DNA of 63,844 bases, counting the filler, from Octopus bimaculoides (lineage: Eukaryota), in the NCBI RefSeq assembly GCF_001194135.2. It is 8 parts of 6 records of this genome, joined end to end, with 100 filler letters (N's around TTAATTAATTAA, not from the genome) between each part and the next. Parts side by side here need not be neighbours in the genome. Positions count along the whole stretch, not along the records: positions 33,274 to 41,266 come from NC_068991.1; positions 41,367 to 50,788 come from NW_026307055.1; positions 50,889 to 55,324 come from NC_068989.1; 5 more parts are not named here. One strand, 5' to 3'. The notes beneath the pieces were generated by a model. The model had not been told where the DNA came from, did no database searches, and worked only from the letters and a program-made list of their open reading frames with translations. Below, in pieces: positions 38,363 to 51,415 of the stretch. Each line of letters opens with the position of its first letter. Within the stretch, counting starts at the first letter, position 1. The translations under genes and the position numbers were made by a program.

Positions 38363-39532
38363 AATCTCTATAATAATGATGATATTGAATGGAATAATAT
38401 CCGGTTTGAACTTTTTTTTACTTACATGTGTGTGTGTGTGCGCGCGCGCACAAAACGGAGAAAATGAAATAAATACGACGACTTGTTCAGAAACACCGGG
38501 GTGCAGAACAGTTCGCAGCTTGTTTGCGATGTGCTCTGACTTGATAGGAACTAGGAGGATAGTAGGCCAGTCTTGGAGAGAGAGAAAGAGCGAGTAAACC
38601 GTTTCTTAACGTGTAACACATACATTCAATCATTAAAATGCATAGAATACCTTGTTTTATCTGTATACACACATGTATATAGTGGATAATAATTGTGTAT
38701 ATTCTGAGATGTAATTATGCCGTTATCATGGTCATAAATAACAAACACAAGAAAGATGAGAGACTATCGTTCCCTCCTTGTTATTAACGGCTGTTGTTTA
38801 TAATCCATAACGATCATCTCACACCTTATGCTCTAACACCAAGTTAATCCCTTGGTCGTTTATCTTCACTATCTTCATCGTTTCCACGCATTATTCCTCT
38901 TGATTACATTGCCTACCATGTTTATGACTCCTCGGGTGTCATGTACCCTGTCTAAGACAAAACAAAAAAAACGCTTTAAATATTAAATTTCACCAGAAAT
39001 TATGCACGGCATTCGATGGTTTGTTTTCATCTATGTGCTCGTAATCGGCCAATTTGGATTAATACTTGTCAGAGAAATTCATACAGTAAGCCCTTGTGTG
39101 TTAAATGTAAGTATTACCCAAGGTTTATTATATATTTTACGATGTTTTACGAAAACATTTTCGGTATACCACATTTTCATTTCGAAATAGCGACACACAC
39201 TCAGTTATATTCACATGTTCTACCGACTCCTCTTGTCTTCCCATTTTCTATTCGGTAATTTTTCAGAGTACCACCCGCACGATTTTCACTAACTCTTTTA
39301 CTCTTTTACTTGTTTCAGTCATTTGACTGCGGCCATGCTAGAGCACCGCCTTTGGTCGAGCAAATCGAACCCAGGACTTATTCTTTGTAAGCCTAGTACT
39401 TATTCTATCGGTCCCTTTTGCCGAACCGCTAAGTTACCGGGACGTAAACACACCAGAATCGGTTGTCAAGCGATGTTGAGTGGACAAACACAGACACACA
39501 AACATATACACACACATACATACATACATACA

Positions 39533-39566
<34 letters not shown>

Positions 39567-40779
39567 NNNNNNNNNNNNNNNNNNNNNNNNNNNNNNNNNN
39601 NNNNNNNNNNNNNNNNNNNNNNNNNNNNNNNNNNNNNNNNNNNNNNNNNNNNNNNNNNNNNNNNNNNNNNNNNNNNNNNNNNNNNNNNNNNNNNNNNNNN
39701 NNNNNNNNNNNNNNNNNNNNNNNNNNNNNNNNNNNNNNNNNNNNNNNNNNNNNNNNNNNNNNNNNNNNNNNNNNNNNNNNNNNNNNNNNNNNNNNNNNNN
39801 NNNNNNNNNNNNNNNNNNNNNNNNNNNNNNNNNNNNNNNNNNNNNNNNNNNNNNNNNNNNNNNNNNNNNNNNNNNNNNNNNNNNNNNNNNNNNNNNNNNN
39901 NNNNNNNNNNNNNNNNNNNNNNNNNNNNNNNNNNNNNNNNNNNNNNNNNNNNNNNNNNNNNNNNNNNNNNNNNNNNNNNNNNNNNNNNNNNNNNNNNNNN
40001 NNNNNNNNNNNNNNNNNNNNNNNNNNNNNNNNNNNNNNNNNNAAACCATAACTCTAACCCTAAAACCCTAACCCTGAAAATATCAATGGGGGTGGGGGTG
40101 GGTGAAATTTCCGAGGCATCCACCTCACCCCATTCCGTTTTTCGGACCCCAAAAGGGTTTTGTAGCATATTAGGATGTCTCAGGAATTCATTCAACGAAA
40201 AAAAAAAAAAATTTCCAATTAATCCGGGACCTGGGGGGTGGTGGTGAAACATTACCGAAAAATTACCTTTTAAACTTTATATTTACACGTTAATATTTAT
40301 AAAACTAACACACACTTACATACATACATACATGCATGCATGCATACACACACACACACACATTTCAATGTATTTGCTTGACAATCAATTAGCCCCAATT
40401 ACTCGCCTTTATCACTGAGGAAATATTGAATTGACACAAACACGTGCACATTGCGTGTGTGTGTGTGTTTGTGTGTCTGACTACCTGGCGGGCAAACGAA
40501 TAAATATATGTAAATAATATTTCTTCCTTCTTTGTGTATAATAATAAGACACTTGCCCAAACTGAATTACTGGAGTTATTTAATTTTTTGCAGAAAAACG
40601 TTTTAAAAAAAGTTATAGAGGTTTAAAGTTCGATCGTTTTCAGTCAGTCGAGAAACAGGATTGGGAAGCTATCATTTTGTGCGTGACAAAGTAGCACATG
40701 TTGTCAATATTTGTAAACAATGTGTTATATCTCCGTTAATTTCTTTTTCATATAAATAAATCTTATTTAGCTGTTATTT

Positions 40780-41055
40780 TGGTAATTTTTCAGATTGACA
40801 CTCGCACGATCTTCACTAGGGTGTTAGGGTTAGAGTTTTAGGGTCAGAGTTAATGTTTTAGGGTTAGTTTTAGGGTTAGGGTTGGGGTTAGTGTTTAGGG
40901 TTACGGTTACGGACAGGATTCCCTAACCCAAACCCTAAAACCCTAACCGTAACCCTAACCATAAACACTAACCCTAAAACCCTAACCCTGACACTAAAAT
41001 CCTAACCCTAACACCCTAGTGAAGATCGTGCGGGTGTTAATCTGAAAAATTACCA
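40780..41055. repeat. 276-bp palindrome with degenerate TTAGGG/CCCTAA telomere-like core
   Basis: Outer ~54-bp arms differ at 2 positions; TTAGGG-like repeats switch to CCCTAA-like repeats at ~40918. Confidence 0.9.
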
Positions 41056-41970
41056 TTATTTTTAGCACGAAAGTTCTCCGGTAATTTTCTTTCGTGTAAA
41101 TAAATGTTTATGTTAATTTAAAAGAGAAAAACCAGAACGTGTCTGTGGTTTACGGTTGACTACAATTACCAAATTTTAATTACTAATAACCCTTTATTTA
41201 TTGATTTATAGCGAAAATTACTTTCGGAAAGACTTCCTCTCCCACCATTTTCTCCCTTTTTTTTTTNNNNNNNNNNNNNNNNNNNNNNNNNNNNNNNNNN
41301 NNNNNNNNNNTTAATTAATTAANNNNNNNNNNNNNNNNNNNNNNNNNNNNNNNNNNNNNNNNNNNNACCGCCACCATCTTCTCCATTACATCCGAAGCCA
41401 CCCTCATCATTACCTCGGCGCCACCACTACCATTCCCACCATTACCTCTGCCACCAACCTCATCCTTACTCCCCGACGCCACTGCTACCATCCTCACCAT
41501 AACCTCCACCGCCAGCCTCGTCGTTACCACAAACGCCACCGCCACCATCATCCTCAATATTATCACAGTCCCCCCACCATCCCAACTTTCTTCTCCATAT
41601 TTACGTACCACCGTCACAAACAACAACGCGATTCCCACCGCCGCCTGTAATATCGCCACCGTCCACTCCATCTCCAGTGGCCCAACAACAACAACAACAA
41701 CAACAATTACTACGACTACTACTACTACTATTACTACTACGTGAAATACAATAATAACATCCAAGAAAAACAGACACACAAACACACGAAAATACGAAGG
41801 CATCAAGCCATTTCACAAGACAATTGTGTGACAATGTGACAGTTGGATGTGTCACGTATGACAGACAGCTTTTCATGTGATCTCTTCTTCGATGTGGTGG
41901 TCTTCATATATATAAATATATATATGAACCAATTATACACACGTAAAACACAGGCATATAAAATATATAT

Positions 41971-42103
<133 letters not shown>

Positions 42104-42323
42104 GGTGCATATATATGTAAACATTCACATATATATATGTATATATATGCATACATATATATTTTTGTATACATACATATATACATCCACACATATATAT
42201 ATACATACACATACGTATATGTACATATATTCATGCATATGCATATATATATATATGTATATACATGCTGTTTATTATCTTTTATAGTTTATACACACGT
42301 ATTTATGTGTGTATGTATGTATG

Positions 42324-42368
<45 letters not shown>

Positions 42369-42578
42369 CTGATATATGCATGTTAGTTTTTGCGTAAGCG
42401 CACACATACATTAAGGCACAAATTCATGCGGTTATACACTTATTTATATATGTGTATACACACGCACTATATATATCTGCTTATACATACAGACAGATGC
42501 ATATTTCATTGCATTTACTGCTTTACCATATACATGCCATTATATATCCACAATCAATTCTTAAACATAAAAAAACTC

Positions 42579-42599
<21 letters not shown>

Positions 42600-42621
<22 letters not shown>

Positions 42622-42915
42622 TTCCTCGCCATCGTTTGACGACCAATGTAGGTTTGTTTACGTTCCTCTAACTTTGAGGTTCAGCAAAAGAGACCAATAG
42701 AATGAGAAGGAGGGTTAAAAATAAAAGAAACCTCGGCGTAGCTGTGTGGTAAGAAGTTTCCTTCCCGACCACATGGTTTCGTGTTCGGTCCCACTGCGTA
42801 GCACCTTGGGCAAGTGTCTTCTACTATAGCCTTGGGCCAACCAAAGCCTTGTGAGTGGATCTGGGAGACGGAAACTGAAAGAAACCCGTCTCACACACAC
42901 ACACAACGCACGCAT

Positions 42916-42954
<39 letters not shown>

Positions 42955-43100
42955 GTTCGTGTCTGTGTTTGTCTCTCCATCACCAACAGACAGCCGGTGT
43001 TGGTGTGCTTACATCCTCGTAACTTAGCAGTTCGATTCGACTAAAACTTGAAGGCACTGCTAAAGCATGGCCGCAGTCCAATGACTGAAACAAGTAAATG
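42600..43100 (+). mobile_element. SINE family B (partial copy followed by a near full-length copy)
   Basis: Homologous to 18920-19285. Confidence 0.7.
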
Positions 43101-43617
43101 ACACACACACACACACAGAATAGGACAAGTGCGCCTGCGTGTTTCGGCTTGTCTGTTAATCGCAATTTGATCGCCTCTCGTTATTGCTGGTTTACCTAAT
43201 CCCGGATTAACTCGGTTTGAAGCTACATGCAACACAGATTAGCTAATCGCTCGTGTTGACTTCTCGGGACACACAATATGTCTGTGTGTCTCAAGCGCTC
43301 TCCCGCTTCCCCCCCCCCTTTTACGGTCTCTATGTGTATCTTATCTATACAGCTGTCTCTGTCCCTAACAAGTTAGTTCCTTGCCTTTGTGTCTGTCTGT
43401 CTGTCTGTCTGTGTTTCTCTCTCTCTCTCTCTCTTCGTGTCTGTCCAGCTAGCTTTCAATAAAGCCAATTGCATCCATCTAGCTAACCATCTTTCTGACC
43501 GATTGGCTATCTGTTCGTCTATCTGTCTGTCTGTTCGTCCATCTATCTATACATTTATCTACCTGTCTGTCTGCCTGCCCGTCTGTCTGTCTGATTGTCC
43601 GTTTATCCATCTATCTA

Positions 43618-43860
43618 CCACGACGTCTAAAAAACTTTTGAACGTTTCCACTTTTGTAAACCTCCTTTATCATCCTTTTTTGAACACTATTCAATTTTTT
43701 TCTCCGTGTTTTTCTCCTTGTCTCCGTATTCTTTCTGTTGAAGAGCGTAGCTCGAAACGTCAAAGACTTTCCGTATTCCCGAGCGTCATACTAATATATA
43801 CTTTTGTTATTTACACCACCTGTCCTCGTCTGTTGTTATTATTTGTATATTCTCCCTGTA
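43618..43860 (+). mobile_element. Short hammerhead-bearing element in microsatellite DNA
   Basis: Contains motif 43730-43766 and shares the downstream TTCCYGAGCGTC motif with 55511-55751. Confidence 0.5.
43730..43766 (+). ncRNA. Minimal type-I hammerhead ribozyme motif (A6U variant, extra A after A9)
   Basis: TCTTT-CTGTTGA-A-GAGC(GTA)GCTC-GAAACGTC^-AAAGA: perfect stems I and II, ACGT palindrome as stem III, GUC triplet. Confidence 0.65.
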
Positions 43861-43933
43861 TATATGAGTACATATAGGCATATATACATATATACACTCA
43901 TGTATATACACATATATACATATACACATATAA

Positions 43934-43971
<38 letters not shown>

Positions 43972-44128
43972 ATACAAAATTAAGAGGAATGACCACTAAA
44001 GTGGACACCTAATATGCTAAATATAGACGTCTAATCGCCATTACTTCGAAGAGTGTGTTCTCGTGCATATATATATATATCATATATATAAATATCTGTA
44101 GGTGTGTGTGTGTATGGCATATACATAC

Positions 44129-44183
<55 letters not shown>

Positions 44184-44533
44184 CACTCTTTCTTTCATTA
44201 CCACCGCCCCTCTATCCCCCTCGCCCCTTTCCACCCTACTCACTTCCTTTCATCTCTCACTCCCACCTCTCCCTCTATCTCTTCCTCCCGCCCACTCTAA
44301 ACCCCACCTTTCTATAATCCCACACATAAGACTCTCGGACCATGCCAGCGCACTGTGCCAACGATGAAACACAAAACAATTATGGGAAAGTGCTCCTTTA
44401 TGGCCTGGCCTACGATAGCTTAAACGCAAAGACATATAAACTGGCGCTGGGGGGTTATTCTGGTACTGTACCTGTGGGTAGATTGTATTTTGATACCATC
44501 TTAAATACTCGTTTTAAGGGTCAAAACAGATAG

Positions 44534-44564
<31 letters not shown>

Positions 44565-44568
44565 GATG

Positions 44569-44633
<65 letters not shown>

Positions 44634-45211
44634 GTATGTAGATAAATGAATAGATGCTATGATATTGATAGTATATTGGCTGGGAAGCAACCTGACAAAC
44701 CACTACCACCCCCACCACGTACAACACCAAGAAGAGCAAGACCAAGAACGGCTCCTAACTCTACCACAATAACCACCACCAGCACCACCACCGCTACCAC
44801 CACCGGCGCTAACGCCAGCCACTTCATGACCACCACCACCGTTAGCCATCTACTAGGTGAGAGCAAAATCAGCTTTAATTATCGAAGGTTATTGTCGAGT
44901 AATTAACAAGTAAATCAACTCTGTTAATGATGGACATGACCTGAAGAGGGCGCTGAGATCAGATTCAATGGGTTTGGAGTTTGTTAGGTCAGGATTGTGG
45001 GGTCAAAGGTGAGAGGGGTTCAGGTGTATATAATGATGAGCCTAGGTGATAAAATAGGGGAGAGAAAAGGAGGCAGCGAGGATATATAACTGTGCGCGTG
45101 TGTGTGTGTGTATAAATGATGTATAATATCTAGTATAATTTTTCGAATTAATATGTATGTATACGTATGTATGTATATGTGACATATATGATTGTGTGTG
45201 GACCTGTGTGA

Positions 45212-45258
<47 letters not shown>

Positions 45259-45477
45259 GTGTTGTGCGTATGTGTATATGTATGTCTAGGCTTATATCTA
45301 CACACACACAGACATATACACCCTGTCACATATAGGTAGACAGATTCATTGATAGAAAAATATAGGGAGATAAGGACATAGTGTGTATATTTTATATATA
45401 TACACGGTGTGTATATATACATTTTATATATATATAGGTAGACAGATAGATTAGATAGATAAGTAAGTCGACAGAAG

Positions 45478-45537
<60 letters not shown>

Positions 45538-48500
45538 NNNNNNNNNNNNNNNNNNNNNNNNNNNNNNNNNNNNNNNNNNNNNNNNNNNNNNNNNNNNNNN
45601 NNNNNNNNNNNNNNNNNNNNNNNNNNNNNNNNNNNNNNNNNNNNNNNNNNNNNNNNNNNNNNNNNNNNNNNNNNNNNNNNNNNNNNNNNNNNNNNNNNNN
45701 NNNNNNNNNNNNNNNNNNNNNNNNNNNNNNNNNNNNNNNNNNNNNNNNNNNNNNNNNNNNNNNNNNNNNNNNNNNNNNNNNNNNNNNNNNNNNNNNNNNN
45801 NNNNNNNNNNNNNNNNNNNNNNNNNNNNNNNNNNNNNNNNNNNNNNNNNNNNNNNNNNNNNNNNNNNNNNNNNNNNNNNNNNNNNNNNNNNNNNNNNNNN
45901 NNNNNNNNNNNNNNNNNNNNNNNNNNNNNNNNNNNNNNNNNNNNNNNNNNNNNNNNNNNNNNNNNNNNNNNNNNNNNNNNNNNNNNNNNNNNNNNNNNNN
46001 NNNNNNNNNNNNNNNNNNNNNNNNNNNNNNNNNNNNNNNNNNNNNNNNNNNNNNNNNNNNNNNATATATATATATATATATATACGTTCCTACATTGTCC
46101 ATTGCAATGAATGACATTAAAATTCGATTATGCTAAATAATAACCGATTGATTACATCGACAGGTGGCGCTGGGGTTCCTGCTGTAGCGGTGGTGGATGC
46201 GATGGTAGAGATGATGGCGATGGGTGATGGCAGTAGGTACATCGAAGATGAACGTATTGGGGGTAATGTGATGATGATGATGGTGTTGGTGGTGGTAGTG
46301 ATAGTATTAGAGTTGTTGTGGATAGTGATGCTGTGGTGGTGATGATGCAGGTCTTAACGATAGCCATCCAGGTAGAGGCACAGTTTTTGGTCATTCATGG
46401 CCGAAGAGAGTCTTTACCCATTACCCCCCACTCCCACGCATATATGAGGAATGAGTTCGATTCCCGGACTGGGCTGCGTGTTGTGTTCTTGAGCAAGACA
46501 CTTTACATCACGTTGCTCCAATTTAACTACAGCGTCGATACTGGTGTGTGCATATGAATAATGTTGTTTTCGCATGTGCATATATGTACACAGATATACA
46601 GGCAGGCATATAGACATATATACACGTACACATACATACGTACATAGATACACACATACATGCATTTATATTTGCATCCACACACATACATACAACTGCA
46701 CATATACATATAGGCACACACTTACACACAAATGCATACATACATGCATGCATACATAATACATGCATACCCACACATACGTACGGACATACATACATAC
46801 ATATGCACACAAAAACGTACATATATACACACATACATGCATACACATATATACACATACATACATACAAACAGTCATATATACACGCATACAACGCGAT
46901 ATACACAAACGTACACACTTAGACACATACAGAGACCCACACAAACATACATGCATACATCGATACTAAGTTATACACACAAATATACATGCATACACNN
47001 NNNNNNNNNNNNNNNNNNNNNNNNNNNNNNNNNNNNNNNNNNNNNNNNNNNNNNNNNNNNNNNNNNNNNNNNNNNNNNNNNNNNNNNNNNNNNNNNNNNN
47101 NNNNNNNNNNNNNNNNNNNNNNNNNNNNNNNNNNNNNNNNNNNNNNNNNNNNNNNNNNNNNNNNNNNNNNNNNNNNNNNNNNNNNNNNNNNNNNNNNNNN
47201 NNNNNNNNNNNNNNNNNNNNNNNNNNNNNNNNNNNNNNNNNNNNNNNNNNNNNNNNNNNNNNNNNNNNNNNNNNNNNNNNNNNNNNNNNNNNNNNNNNNN
47301 NNNNNNNNNNNNNNNNNNNNNNNNNNNNNNNNNNNNNNNNNNNNNNNNNNNNNNNNNNNNNNNNNNNNNNNNNNNNNNNNNNNNNNNNNNNNNNNNNNNN
47401 NNNNNNNNNNNNNNNNNNNNNNNNNNNNNNNNNNNNNNNNNNNNNNNNNNNNNNNNNNNNNNNNNNNNNNNNNNNNNGGTGGTGGTGGTGGTTGTAGTGG
47501 TAGATGTGACAGTGGTGCCGGCGGTATTAATGGTAGTAGTAGTGGTGGTGGTGGTGACGATGATGATGGCGGTGGTGGTGGTGGTGGTCGTCGTAATGTT
47601 CTTATGTTGAATGGTGGTACGTGTTTGCGTTGTAGTCGCATTCGTACTGATTGTGATGTATTTATGATAGTTTGATGATGATAATGATGCTCTGTCGAAT
47701 GATCCCAAGCTCAAATTCAAGCGCTGAAAGATACTGCGTGCGAATAAATTGCAGTCTTAATATTATTCAACTACTACCGTAGTAGAATGATACAAAATGT
47801 CATTGTTATAAACCTATTTGTAACAGTTTTCCTCTGAACGTCCAAAGCATTTTCATAAATGTGTTCGAAACATCCATCTTCAGTCTTTTAGTTACCCCTG
47901 GTTTCATACATTCTGATTTATATAAAGCTTTTCTTTCGTAAGTCCCGAGTGACTCTCTGGTGATTGATAAAAAAACAGAGAAACAGATTTGGGAATATGT
48001 ATCAAATAAGCTGCACGGATTCCATGAAAATAATTCCAGTGTATTGCGCGATACACCGGACAGGCAAAGAGTTAATATAAAACTAAATCGGCCGATTAAT
48101 TTGCGAATCACTTCATAGGCTGGCAACAAGAGGAGGTGGGTCCAAAAGACAACAACAACAACAGCAAAAACAGCAACAAAGAGCGCAAGAACAATCACAC
48201 CCTGTGTGTGCATCCAGCGCTGCACGATCGTCATCATCATCATCATCATCATCATCATTTTTTTTTTCCCTTTTTTTCTCCCTTTTTCGCCACAGAAAGA
48301 CCTTAAACGCCGTCTCTAATTACGCATTGATCGGGGTAGAATGACGGAAATTGTGTGACACCACGCCCTTCTATATAACACTGGGAATTCACTCAANNNN
48401 NNNNNNNNNNNNNNNNACAAAGAAACGAGAGGAGGGGGGAGGGAGGGAGGCCGGGGAGGGAAAAAATGGCTGCCAAAATAAATAAATAAGGAAATGAATA

Positions 48501-48551
48501 AGTAAATAAACTAACAAGAACCATATTGTCAGAATTTTGTTTGTTTTCCAC

Positions 48552-48582
<31 letters not shown>

Positions 48583-48654
48583 TCCCTTTTACTCTTTTCT
48601 CTTGATTGTTGCAGTCATTTGACTGCGGCCATGCATATATATATATATGTGTGT

Positions 48655-49040
48655 ATATATAGGCGCAGGAGTGGCTGTGTGGTAAGTAGCCTTCTTACCA
48701 ACCACATCGTTCCGGGTTCATTCCCATTGCGTGGCATCTTGGGCAACTGTCTTCTTAGACGGAAACTGAAAGAAGCCTGTCGTATATATGTGTATATATA
48801 TGTGTGTGTATATGTTTGTATGTCTGTGTGTGTATATGTTTGTATGTCTGTGTTTGTCTCCCCAACATCGCTTGACAACCGATGGTGGTGTGTTTACATC
48901 CCCATAATTTAGTGGTTCGGCAAAAGAGACCGATAGAATAAGTACTAGGCTTACAAAGAATAAGTCCTGGGGTCAATTTGCTCGGCGAAAGGCGGTGCTC
49001 CAGCATGGCCGCGGTCAAATGACTGAAACAATTAAAAGAG
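48655..49040 (+). mobile_element. SINE family B
   Basis: Homologous to 18920-19285. Confidence 0.8.
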
Positions 49041-49085
49041 CATATGGAGAGTGAGAGAGAGAGAGAGAGAGAGAGGGAGAGATAA

Positions 49086-49138
<53 letters not shown>

Positions 49139-49544
49139 AACAATATAATTATATGTGGATATACAAATATACGTGTGTTTGTGTGTGTGTGTATGCTTTC
49201 ATTCACATGCAATCTTGCACATGCAATCTACCTGCCCAACTAGCTTGCTAGCTTGCCAGCTGTCTTGCTAGTTAGCTATCTGTTGTCAATCTTTATATCT
49301 TTAAAATCTAGCTTGTTAGGTATCTATGTGTCTGCCTGCCAGCCTGTCGGTAGATCTGTCTGTCTGTGTGTCCTCACAACGTGTCTCCATCCCTCATTAA
49401 AATCTCGCTGCCTTCCAGAAACAAACAATAAGCGCTGTGCCTCCCTTAAAAAGTTTTTTTGCAACACACATACACACATCAGGTCATAAACTGACACGTA
49501 TACATACACATATTTACGTATAGGTACACACACATACACACTCG

Positions 49545-49575
<31 letters not shown>

Positions 49576-50494
49576 GCATATATTGGCAGATATCTTCATA
49601 CATATGCATAAACATACATATATACATACATATGCATACATATAAATATATATACGAATATACATATCCACATACACGTATATATATACACACACACACA
49701 AATACAGAGACACCACATGCACTACCACCCAAGCACACCCACACGTCCTTCCTCTTTGTCTCTCTGGATTTTACTCCCACCGTTGTTCCTTAACCCTTCC
49801 TTCAGAGCTCCGAGAGGTTTCGCCTGAGAACAGGAACCTTCCGCTGGTGCTGCACAGCGTGGTGTGGTCTCATTTCATTGGTGGCGGCGTAAATCGTGAA
49901 TGGTTGTAGTGGCGGCTTGGTTTGATGGCGTGGTGGTGATGACGCTGTGTGCTGGTTAGGTTCTTTTAAGTGTGTTCTACGTTGTAGCAGTTTTGGCGGC
50001 GTGATGTGATTATGATAATGGCGGTGGTGAATAATTTATTTTATTACTAGAAATGGTTTTGACATTCTCGTACATTCTCTGGTATTTTTCCTATTGTTTG
50101 AAGTGAGATTATAATCTCTCCAGATCAGATATTTAAAGCGTATTCGTTGTGGTGTGAGCATCGTGACAACATCTCCTAGTTTTTGTTAATAAGGAATATT
50201 TGCTCCCTAAATGTATTTGTATATCATTTGCTAAAACTAAGAACCAAATTAAATTTCTTTCCAATTACACCCACCCTAATGTCTTCAATAGCTTCACACT
50301 TGATATGTTATATATAACAGCCAAATGAGTCTCATATTACAGTATGCAGTTTGAGAAGAAGGAAAAAAATCGATACATTTGGTAAAGTAAAAGAAAGTCT
50401 CTACAAAGACATGCTAATTACGGATGGAACTGTTAAGAAATGAAATTCTTTGTTATTGTACGGCTGATGGAGATAAATGAAACTGTACCAGTAA

Positions 50495-50650
50495 TAATGG
50501 TTTCAAATTTGATACAACGCCAGCAATGTCGGGATTGTAGGTAAGGCGATTATACTGACCCGAGTATGTGACTGGTATTTAATTTATCGATACCGAAAGG
50601 ATGAATGGCAAAATAGACTTCGGCGGAATTTGAACTCGGAACGTAAAGGT
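50495..50650 (-). mobile_element. SINE family A, partial
   Basis: GAAAGGATGAATGGCAAAATAGACTTCGGCGGAATTTGAACTC. Similar partial minus copies at ~53750-53830 and ~62372-62525. Confidence 0.65.
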
Positions 50651-50888
50651 GGAATACTCCCTCGCAAAAGACGACGTGTGAACGTTCAGGTTTCACTAAG
50701 CAACCTTTACAAAGGATTCGTTTATAGTGATCAAATGATTGAAACAAAAGAATAAAAAAGAATATATATATATATATATATATATATANNNNNNNNNNNN
50801 NNNNNNNNNNNNNNNNNNNNNNNNNNNNNNNNTTAATTAATTAANNNNNNNNNNNNNNNNNNNNNNNNNNNNNNNNNNNNNNNNNNNN

Positions 50889-50933
<45 letters not shown>

Positions 50934-50935
<2 letters not shown>

Positions 50936-51415
50936 GGCGGCAAGCTGGCAGAATCGTTAGCTCGACGGGCGAAATGCTTAGCGGTATTTCGTCTGCCGCT
51001 ACATTGTGAGTTCAAATTCCTCCGAGGTCGACTTTGCTTTTCATCTTTTCGGGATCGATGAAATAAGTACCAGTTGAACACTGGAGTCGATGTAATCGAC
51101 TTATTCTCTCCCCAAAAATTGCTGGCCTTGTGCTAAAATTTGAAATTATTATTATTATTATTATTATTACTGTTATTATTATTACTATCATTATTATTAT
51201 TATTAAGGCGGCGAACTGGCAGAATCGTAAGCCCGCTGGACTGCTTAGCGGTATTTCGCCCGTCGCTATGTTGTGCGTTCAAATCCGTCGAGGTCAACTT
51301 TGCCTTTCATTCTTTCGGGGTCGATAAAATAAGTACCAGTTACACACAGGGGTTGATATAATCGAATAGCTCCCTTCCCCAAAAATGTTCAAGGCCTTGT
51401 GCCTAGAGTAGAAAT
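50934..51415 (+). mobile_element. Two SINE family A copies, each preceded by (ATT)n
   Basis: ATTATTAAGGCGGC heads at ~50934 and ~51205. Confidence 0.8.
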
